Assembly (NCBI GenBank): GCA_027460535.1
Contig: JAPZAR010000029.1
Location: 33,735 to 65,734, forward strand
Length of the DNA stretch: 32,000 bases
Direction: 5' to 3'
Origin: Candidatus Methanoperedens sp.
Lineage (GTDB): Archaea > Halobacteriota > Methanosarcinia > Methanosarcinales > Methanoperedenaceae
The position numbers were made by a program, and so were the translations under genes. Of this stretch, positions 17,945 through 25,133 are shown piece after piece. Under the pieces are notes generated by a model. That model was not told where the DNA came from, searched no databases, and saw nothing but the letters and a program-made list of their open reading frames with translations. Within the stretch, counting starts at the first letter, position 1, and each line of letters opens with the position of its first letter.

Positions 17945-19510
17945 ATGAGCTTGGAAAAAAGTCAGGTCAGAGAGGCTATTAGAAAAAGTCAGGCTTTTCT
18001 GCTTAAAGGCGTAGAGAACCATTTGATATTAAATGGGAGAAGACAGCAAGAATTCCTAATAAATCCATGCCCATTAGCCACAGCCCTTGCAATTCTAGCA
18101 TCCGAGAGAAATTGTGAACCAGTAAAAAACGCAATCACCTGGCTTCGGAAAATACAGAATAAGGATGGCGGATGGGGTTTTGCGGATAGCGTGCCCAGCG
18201 ATATTAATAGCACTGCTCTATGCATTCTGGCTCTGGAAGAGACTGAAAGACAGATAGAAAAAAGAGCCCGCATTTTCATGAAAGAAAATGGTGGTTTCTC
18301 AAAAACAGAATGGTTTGTTCAAGTGATTTCAAGTTTATTTGACAAATACTCCCCGGATGAGATTCGTACTCCAGGTGTTGGTGCCTCAAGATTGCCTCTT
18401 CCGGAACTGCGATTTACACCTTCATTTTATGCTAATCTGAATCCTACTGCGAAAAATATGGTTTTTAGCCTTACCGCGCTGGAAATGTTGGCTAAAAAGG
18501 AAAATGCTAACAAAACACTGGGATTTTTAGAAAGTGTTCAGGGACTGGATGGTTCTTGGGATCAAGAGGTTATACTTACTTCTTTCGCAACATTGGCGTT
18601 TCAAAAAGCTAAAATAAATCCCAGAATAAATCCGAATCATTGGTTTTCCGAGGTGCAATATTCAGATGGTGCTTGGCCAGCTTTCAACCAATTAGCTTGT
18701 TGGGATATAGGTTGGGCCAGTTCTATTCTTGCTGGAAAATTTTTGCGGGATGAAAGACTACAAAGAGCGAAAAAGTATCTTGAAGATGGAATGTATTTGG
18801 ACGGAAGTTTTGGGTTCACATTGCCACATGCAGGGCCGGATATTGATGACACTGCAGTGGCTTTAATAGGGCTTAAAAATCTCTGTTCAGAGAAAACTCT
18901 ACAGACATCTCGATATTTAAAATTTATGCAGAATGCAGATGGAAGCTGGAGCACATTCCCGGAGTTCTTTGGCAGTCCCCCGTATTGCATTTCAGGAAAA
19001 GTTGTTCATTTACCAAGTGTGGATGTAACGTGTCATGTTTTAAAAGCCTTATACGACGAACCATTAACAAATAAAGAACCTTTCATAGAGTCGGCTCTCG
19101 ACTGGTTAGTCTCAGCTCAGAACAAAGATGGCTCATGGGAATCGACATGGTTCAGGGGTAATATCTACGCGACTTCTGAGGCTATAACCACTTTGCATAA
19201 ATTTGGCATTGAGGGAGAAACTATATCCAGAGGTTTAGAATGGGTTGGTGGTCAACAGCGCTCTGATGGGAGTTTTGGCAATGGCACCGTACCAGAAACG
19301 TCATTAGCGTTAACAGCATTCATGGCATGCCTTTTTGAAAAAGTGGATGTTGATAAGGCAGTTCAATTCTTATTGGATGAACAAAACCCCGACGGATCTT
19401 TTTCAAGATCTTATACAGGAATCTATTTCGGTATTTATTATAATGACCCCATATATTTTACCTATTTGGGATTAAATGCGCTTGAACTATACAATAAAAT
19501 GGAAAAATAA
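17945..19510 (+). CDS. squalene-hopene-cyclase-family class II terpene cyclase (521 aa)
   Basis: Eight to nine [QM]xxDG[GS][WF] QW-type repeats (QNKDGGWGF, QGLDGSWDQ, QYSDGAWPA, MYLDGSFGF, QNADGSWST, QNKDGSWES, QRSDGSFGN, QNPDGSFSR). DIDDTA (aa 299-304, nt 18839-18856) matches the catalytic DxDDTA. Blocks are collinear with A. acidocaldarius SHC as I recall it (PDVDDTAVV / SEDVTAHVL / QKPDGSW). GAGGGAGG SD-like motif before the ATG. Confidence 0.8.
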   Translation: MSLEKSQVREAIRKSQAFLLKGVENHLILNGRRQQEFLINPCPLATALAILASERNCEPVKNAITWLRKIQNKDGGWGFADSVPSDINSTALCILALEETERQIEKRARIFMKENGGFSKTEWFVQVISSLFDKYSPDEIRTPGVGASRLPLPELRFTPSFYANLNPTAKNMVFSLTALEMLAKKENANKTLGFLESVQGLDGSWDQEVILTSFATLAFQKAKINPRINPNHWFSEVQYSDGAWPAFNQLACWDIGWASSILAGKFLRDERLQRAKKYLEDGMYLDGSFGFTLPHAGPDIDDTAVALIGLKNLCSEKTLQTSRYLKFMQNADGSWSTFPEFFGSPPYCISGKVVHLPSVDVTCHVLKALYDEPLTNKEPFIESALDWLVSAQNKDGSWESTWFRGNIYATSEAITTLHKFGIEGETISRGLEWVGGQQRSDGSFGNGTVPETSLALTAFMACLFEKVDVDKAVQFLLDEQNPDGSFSRSYTGIYFGIYYNDPIYFTYLGLNALELYNKMEK

Positions 19511-19575
19511 AATTCAAAGAACATTTCGGGTGCGAAATTTTCAATAAAAACCTATTCGTAAAATAGAAAGTTCTT

Positions 19576-20001
19576 CTAAATGTCAAGTACGACCCTTGCG
19601 ATCCAGTTTTGTCCTTTCTTCCTGACCTCGTATAGATGGTAGGTGACTGCTTTTACGTCCGATCTCAAGGTATGCTTTTCCCGGTCGATGGTCTCGCCGG
19701 ATATTATTGCGTAAAGTTCGTATTCATCATTTTTTTTGATTGTCACATCAAATCTTCCAAAGAGAATCGATTCGGCGTCCTTAAGATAGACCAGCTCTGA
19801 GAGCCAGTCAAAAAGAAGCCCCTCAATAGATTCGTTTTTCAATTCGATCTTTCTGCTAACCGCTGGTTTTATGCTTTTCGTATCTGCCATGACCTCAGAG
19901 ATCGCGAATGCCGCATCCCTGAACAATTCTTCCAGATTCCTGCCTTCGGCCTCAAAGGCAACATCCGAAGTAGCGATGTCCTCAAGATATCGAAAAGGCA
20001 T
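19576..20001 (-). CDS. archease (RtcB tRNA-ligase cofactor)
   Basis: FRYLEDIATSDVAFEAEGRNLEELFRDAAFAISEVM ... VKAVTYH, 141 aa; canonical archease termini. Confidence 0.85.
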   Translation of the reverse strand: MPFRYLEDIATSDVAFEAEGRNLEELFRDAAFAISEVMADTKSIKPAVSRKIELKNESIEGLLFDWLSELVYLKDAESILFGRFDVTIKKNDEYELYAIISGETIDREKHTLRSDVKAVTYHLYEVRKKGQNWIARVVLDI

Positions 20002-20297
20002 ATAATCTTATTATAATCCTGCACTCTTTATGATTTCCCTGAAAGGACAGTGGAAATTATAATCGAAACCGGGGTCGAAAGGAATTATGGTTACATTAAA
20101 TCTTGACAGAATTTTAATATGCCCAGGATTTCCGCCTGGGGAGGGAAAGGAGTGATTGCTGGCAAGGGTTGGCGAAATTAAATGATTAATCAATATAAAA
20201 AAACTTTATATAAGCAAATCGCATAATAGGGGTTGGAATGGATTTGCAAAAATTGCAGCCATTATGGGGAAAAACGGATTTTAGCAGATCAACTTTA

Positions 20298-20329
20298 TAA
20301 ATTTATAATCTTCGAAAATTATAAATTTA
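20298..20329. promoter_or_regulatory. 32-bp near-perfect palindrome upstream of the PHA operon (candidate operator/promoter element)
   Basis: TAAATTTATAAT-cttcgaaa-ATTATAAATTTA: perfect 12-bp arms at 20298-20309 and 20318-20329, centre TTCGAA, ending 38 nt before the ATG at 20367. Confidence 0.35.
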
Positions 20330-20366
20330 GATCGAAAAAATCAACTATGTAATCGGAGGAGTTTAT

Positions 20367-21452
20367 ATGGTGAAGAAAAGTGAGATGAAGAAAGAAGAAG
20401 GTCAAGAAAAAAAAGATGTTTTCAAAGTATGGGCCGACAGCTATACCGCTGTTTCAAAAATGTGGGAGGAATCCTACATGAACCTGTACAAGCCCTGGAT
20501 AGAAACCACGGGTGAAATGTTCGAAAAAGCAGTTGAGCTATCAAAGGAAGCCACGCCTGAGAAGTACAAAGAATTCTATGATGAATGGATAAAGGCACAG
20601 CAGAAGACGTTTGGGAAAATCTATCCTATCCCGATGCAGAAATCCGACCGGGAGACGCTTGAGAAACTTCTTGTAAGCGCGGAGGAAGCGAACAACCTCT
20701 TCAAATCCTGGGTCGCCGAGATAGAGGAGAACACGCAGAGAACGCAAGATTTGCTGAAAGGTACACCCGACCCCGAAAAGTACAGGGATCATTTTAATAT
20801 GTGGATGAAATCCTATGAAAAAATATTCGATGAGTTCATTTCCATGCCGGCTATGGAAAGCACGAAGGAAATATTCGGGAATTATGGCGGCATACCTAAT
20901 ATGTACTTAAAGAATTTTGCAGAGATGTCAAAAATATGGAAGAATTCGTTCTCTGACTTGTACTTGCCCTGGGTTGACCCCATGTTCAGGCTCTCCGGGA
21001 AGACGGCTGAGCTCTCAAGGGGAAACGCAACTCCTGAAGACTACAAGGAATTCTACAATCTTTGGATGAAAACATACCAGGAAACATATGGCAAGATGTT
21101 CAATGTCCAATCCATGAAGCCGTCAAAGGAAATGCTTGAAAATTTCCTCGAGAGCACCAATATCTATCTCAACATGTATAAAACGTGGATAGCTGCCATG
21201 GAAAAGATGTCGGAAAAGGTCAAAGACCTGTCGGGACGCACGTCCGATCCTGAAGCTTATAAGGAATTTTACGACCTCTGGGTAACGACATATGAGAAAG
21301 CTTTCGAAGACTTCTTCGAGAACATGCCCACTATTGGCCCTATGAAGAAGATGATGGAACCTGTAAAGAGCGCGGCCAAGATATACGCCGACACATTTGC
21401 GAACATGTCAAATATGTGGATCGAGTCTTTTCCCAGCACAGCCCGGGCCTGA
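20367..21452 (+). CDS. phasin-like protein built from four PhaE-N-terminal-type repeat modules
   Basis: The motif [TD]PE.Y[KR][ED][FH][YF]..W recurs at aa 63, 135, 222 and 294 (TPEKYKEFYDEW, DPEKYRDHFNMW, TPEDYKEFYNLW, DPEAYKEFYDLW) in an A-B-A'-B' arrangement. The same module (SPEAYRDFYRLW) occurs in the adjacent phaE. GGAGG SD before the ATG. Confidence 0.65.
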   Translation: MVKKSEMKKEEGQEKKDVFKVWADSYTAVSKMWEESYMNLYKPWIETTGEMFEKAVELSKEATPEKYKEFYDEWIKAQQKTFGKIYPIPMQKSDRETLEKLLVSAEEANNLFKSWVAEIEENTQRTQDLLKGTPDPEKYRDHFNMWMKSYEKIFDEFISMPAMESTKEIFGNYGGIPNMYLKNFAEMSKIWKNSFSDLYLPWVDPMFRLSGKTAELSRGNATPEDYKEFYNLWMKTYQETYGKMFNVQSMKPSKEMLENFLESTNIYLNMYKTWIAAMEKMSEKVKDLSGRTSDPEAYKEFYDLWVTTYEKAFEDFFENMPTIGPMKKMMEPVKSAAKIYADTFANMSNMWIESFPSTARA

Positions 21453-21454
21453 GT

Positions 21455-22015
21455 ATGGAAAGAACCTGTTTTGAATCCACCCACGAGTTTTTTGAGATGT
21501 GGTTAAAGACCTATGAAGCAACCTATGGCAGGCTCATAGAAATGCCTCCCATGGGCCCGATGCGCGAGAAATCAGAAAAAGTGATGAAGAATTTTTCGCT
21601 TTCAGTCAACCTTTACACGGCATGGATGGAATCCCTGGCCGATTTCCAGAGTGTTTTCATTGAAGCCATGCGCAGGATGCGCGAAAAGATGGCAGTGGAG
21701 GGGGAGGTCAGCCCTGAAGCATATAGGGATTTTTATAGGTTATGGATTGAAACTTACAGCGAGACGTTCAAAGAATTCTTGAAGTCAGGCCATTTTTCCT
21801 CGGGCATGGGCAGGCTCATGTCATATTCTATCGATTTCCAGAAAAATAACAGGGAAATGCTTGAGGAGAATTACATGAAAACATTGGGCCTTCCCACAAG
21901 GACCGAGATCGATGAGATAAACAGGGAAGTCTATTTTCTCAAGAAAAAGGTAAAGGAGCTGGCAGGAGCGTCAAGGAACTCGCAGGGGATGGGAGGACTC
22001 CATGAACAGTCTTGA
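21455..22015 (+). CDS. phaE: PHA synthase subunit PhaE (class III)
   Basis: I place the start at the Met of MERTCFEST (codon 14 of track ORF 21416..22015). It has the PhaE repeat module and a C-terminal GLPTRTEIDEINREVYFLKKKVKEL coiled-coil typical of PhaE. It overlaps the phaC start. Confidence 0.8.
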   Translation: MERTCFESTHEFFEMWLKTYEATYGRLIEMPPMGPMREKSEKVMKNFSLSVNLYTAWMESLADFQSVFIEAMRRMREKMAVEGEVSPEAYRDFYRLWIETYSETFKEFLKSGHFSSGMGRLMSYSIDFQKNNREMLEENYMKTLGLPTRTEIDEINREVYFLKKKVKELAGASRNSQGMGGLHEQS

Positions 22016-23186
22016 TTTCATAGAGAGGCAGATAAAATTCGTAAGAGGGATGGAAATACTGCTGGAACCTCCCGAAATTACAGTTGGGACTACCCCTTCG
22101 GAGGTCGTCTATGCAGAAGACGACATGAAGCTTCTGCATTACATTCCAACATCAGAAAAATCGTATCCGATTCCGGTGTTGATAGTATATGCATTTGTTA
22201 ACAGGTATTACATCCTGGATCTCCAGCCCGATAAGAGCGTGATAAAAAAGCTGCTGAATGAGGGCCTCGATGTCTACATCATTGATTGGGGATACCCTTC
22301 GGGGGCAGACATGTACCTGACCCTTGATGATTACGTTAACGGCTATATAAATAATGCAGTGGACAAAGTCAGGGAAATATCGGGAACGGAAAAGATCACA
22401 CTGCTCGGGGTGTGCCAGGGGGGAACGCTTTCCGTGATGTACGCCTCACTTTATCCTGAAAAAGTGAAGAACCTTGTTGCCCTTGTGACACCGGTGAATT
22501 TCGATACGGATAAAGGACTTCTCCATATCTGGGCAAAAAGCCTGGATGTTGACAAGATGGTTGACTACTATGGGATAGTACCAGGGGATCTGCTGAATGT
22601 TGGATTCCTGCTCACGGATCCTTTCAGGCTTATGATAGACAAGTATGTGGGATTATTCGAGAGGATCGAAGGCGAGCCTGATAATGCGGGTTATCTCAGG
22701 AATGAGGAGACGGTCAAGACCTTCCTGCGGATGGAGAAATGGATATTTGACAGCCCAGACCAGGCAGGCGAAGCTTTTCGGCAGTTCATGAAGGACTGCT
22801 ACCAGAACAACCTTCTCATCAAGAATGAGATGAAGCTAGACGGGAAGAAGATCGACCTGAAAAAAATAACGATGCCCCTATTAAATGTTATGGCGGAGAC
22901 GGATCATCTTGTTCCCAACGCTGCGAGCATTCCGCTTAACGATGCGGTTGCGAGCGAAGATAAGGAGACACTCATTTTCCCGACGGGGCATATCGGTATC
23001 TTTGTTGGTTCCAAATCGCAGAAAGAGGTTTGTCCGAAGATTGCGGAGTGGCTGAAGCCGAGATCTTTACCGGAAGAGATGAAAGAGCGATCGGAAGAGC
23101 AAAGAGAGCAAGCTGGAGTGGAAAAACCCGGACAACCGGTAGTGCGTAAAAGAAGAGGTCGTAAGGCGAGGAGAAGCGTAAAATGA
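22002..23186 (+). CDS. phaC: PHA synthase catalytic subunit PhaC (class III) with a basic C-terminal tail
   Basis: Lipase-box-like GVCQGG with the catalytic Cys. Alpha/beta-hydrolase core with PLLNVMAETDHLVP and GHIGIFVG. About 355-aa core plus a ~40-aa Lys/Arg-rich tail (VVRKRRGRKARRSVK). Confidence 0.9.
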   Translation: MNSLDFIERQIKFVRGMEILLEPPEITVGTTPSEVVYAEDDMKLLHYIPTSEKSYPIPVLIVYAFVNRYYILDLQPDKSVIKKLLNEGLDVYIIDWGYPSGADMYLTLDDYVNGYINNAVDKVREISGTEKITLLGVCQGGTLSVMYASLYPEKVKNLVALVTPVNFDTDKGLLHIWAKSLDVDKMVDYYGIVPGDLLNVGFLLTDPFRLMIDKYVGLFERIEGEPDNAGYLRNEETVKTFLRMEKWIFDSPDQAGEAFRQFMKDCYQNNLLIKNEMKLDGKKIDLKKITMPLLNVMAETDHLVPNAASIPLNDAVASEDKETLIFPTGHIGIFVGSKSQKEVCPKIAEWLKPRSLPEEMKERSEEQREQAGVEKPGQPVVRKRRGRKARRSVK

Positions 23187-23923
23187 GACTCGATAACAAA
23201 GTTGCAATTATTACAGGTGGAGGGAGCGGTATTGGCAGGGAAACTGCAATGCTGTTCGCCGAGGAGGGTGCAAAGGTGGCAATAACTGGAAGGACGGATG
23301 AGAGAATAAAGAAAGTCTGCGAAGAGATAAGCGAAAAAGGTGGAAAATCAATCTATGTCCGGGGGGATGTTTCAATAAAGGAAGACATGGATGAAGTCGT
23401 CAATAAGACTATCAATGAATTTGGGCGGATTGATATCCTGATAAACAACGCAGGGATCAATCAGGATGCTTTAGTAACTAAAATGACCAGGGAACAGTGG
23501 AATGGTGTCATTAACATCGATCTTTCCGGCGCTTTCAATTGCATCCAGGCAGTGGTCGATGTAATGATCAACCAGGGTAGTGGTGTGATTATCAATGCGT
23601 CATCAATTTCAGGCATATATGGTAATATCGGACAGGTAAATTACGCTTCGGCAAAGGCTGGGCTAATAGGTTTGACCAAGACCCTTGCAAAGGAACTCGG
23701 TAAAAAAGGCATCCGTGTCAATGCGGTCGCTCCGGGATTCACAGTTACACCCATGACTTCGAAAGTACCTGAAAAAATTATGAATATAATGATAGAGAAG
23801 ACCCCTCTTCGCAGGCTGGCAGAGCCACGGGATATTGCCTACGCATACCTTTATCTCGCTTCGGATGAGGCGAGGTTCGTTAACGGGGCAGTGCTCTCGG
23901 TCGACGGGGGATTGACCATCTGA
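23183..23923 (+). CDS. short-chain dehydrogenase/reductase, FabG/PhaB-type (candidate acetoacetyl-CoA reductase)
   Basis: TGGGSGIGR cofactor motif, NNAG, catalytic S...YxxxK (YASAKAG). 246 aa. ATGA overlap with phaC. Confidence 0.8.
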   Translation: MRLDNKVAIITGGGSGIGRETAMLFAEEGAKVAITGRTDERIKKVCEEISEKGGKSIYVRGDVSIKEDMDEVVNKTINEFGRIDILINNAGINQDALVTKMTREQWNGVINIDLSGAFNCIQAVVDVMINQGSGVIINASSISGIYGNIGQVNYASAKAGLIGLTKTLAKELGKKGIRVNAVAPGFTVTPMTSKVPEKIMNIMIEKTPLRRLAEPRDIAYAYLYLASDEARFVNGAVLSVDGGLTI

Positions 23924-23948
23924 GATTTAAAACAAGTGGGAGAATTAA

Positions 23949-25127
23949 ATGAACAAAGCAGTGATTGTTTCGGCAACGAGGACCGCGATAGGGAAATTTG
24001 GCGGGAGTCTTAAGGATTTCACGCCCGGACAACTTGGTTCCGTGGTGCTGAAAGATGCGCTGAAAAGGGCGCAGGTTGAACCTGACGAGGTTGATGAAGT
24101 TATCATGGGAAATGTTCTTTCAGGGGGCCATGGCATGAATATTGCCAGGCAATCCTCGATATGGGCAGGGCTGCCGGAAAAGGTACCTTCCTGCTGCGTG
24201 AACAAAGTTTGCGGCTCTGGATTGAAATCGGTTATCTTTGGTGCCCAGGCAATCATGCTGGGCGATGAGGATATCATACTCACCGGAGGAACGGAATCCA
24301 TGTCGGCATCCATGTATGCCCTTAAAAAAGCACGCTGGGGGATCAAGATGGGCAATGATGAGACAATTGACACGATGATAAGTGACGGGCTCTGGGATAT
24401 TTTCAATAATGTCCACATGGGGATTACGGCAGAAAATGTGGCTGAGAAATATCACATCAGGCGGGAAGACCAGGACGAATTCTCAGCAAAAAGCCAGAAT
24501 AAATCAGAATCTGCCATAAAAGCCGGGAGGTTCAAGGATGAAATAGTTCCTGTAGAAGTCCCGCAGCCAAAAGGCGACCCTCTTCTTTTTGATACGGATG
24601 AGTTCCCGAGATTCGGAACAACAAAAGAAGTACTATCCAGGTTGAAACCGGCATTCAAAAAAGATGGCACAGTGACGGCAGGGAATGCGTCCGGGATCAA
24701 TGACGGGGCTGCATCGGTCCTTCTCATGTCGGAAGAAAAGGCCCGGGATAAGGGCCTGGAGCCGCTTGCAACCATCATTGGCTACGCGTTCTGCGCAATA
24801 CCTCCGGAAATAATGGGAATGGGACCGGTTTGCGCAACCAGGAAAGTCCTTGAGCGCGCGGATCTGAAACTGGATGATATTGATCTTATAGAAGTGAATG
24901 AAGCATTTGCAGCCCAGTCGGTTGCCGTCAGCAAAGAATTGGGATGGGATATGGACAGGGTAAATGTTAACGGGGGCGCCATAGCCCTCGGGCATCCAAT
25001 AGGTGCGAGCGGAGCCAGGATACTGGTCACATTGATCCATGAATTGATAAGAAGAGATAGCACTTACGGACTTGCCACACTCTGTATCGGGGGTGGGCAG
25101 GGTATTGCAGTAGTAATTGGGAGGTAG
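23949..25127 (+). CDS. phaA: acetyl-CoA acetyltransferase (bacterial-type thiolase II)
   Basis: VNKVCGSGLKS (active-site Cys), NASGINDGAA, NVNGGAIALGHPIGASGAR, CIGGGQG. 392 aa. Confidence 0.9.
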   Translation: MNKAVIVSATRTAIGKFGGSLKDFTPGQLGSVVLKDALKRAQVEPDEVDEVIMGNVLSGGHGMNIARQSSIWAGLPEKVPSCCVNKVCGSGLKSVIFGAQAIMLGDEDIILTGGTESMSASMYALKKARWGIKMGNDETIDTMISDGLWDIFNNVHMGITAENVAEKYHIRREDQDEFSAKSQNKSESAIKAGRFKDEIVPVEVPQPKGDPLLFDTDEFPRFGTTKEVLSRLKPAFKKDGTVTAGNASGINDGAASVLLMSEEKARDKGLEPLATIIGYAFCAIPPEIMGMGPVCATRKVLERADLKLDDIDLIEVNEAFAAQSVAVSKELGWDMDRVNVNGGAIALGHPIGASGARILVTLIHELIRRDSTYGLATLCIGGGQGIAVVIGR

Positions 25128-25133
25128 ATAGAA

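Noticed and set aside
20011-20193. 60-aa minus-strand ORF between archease and the PHA operon
   Set aside because: Minimal length, no SD or motif, and it lies in a promoter-like intergenic region.
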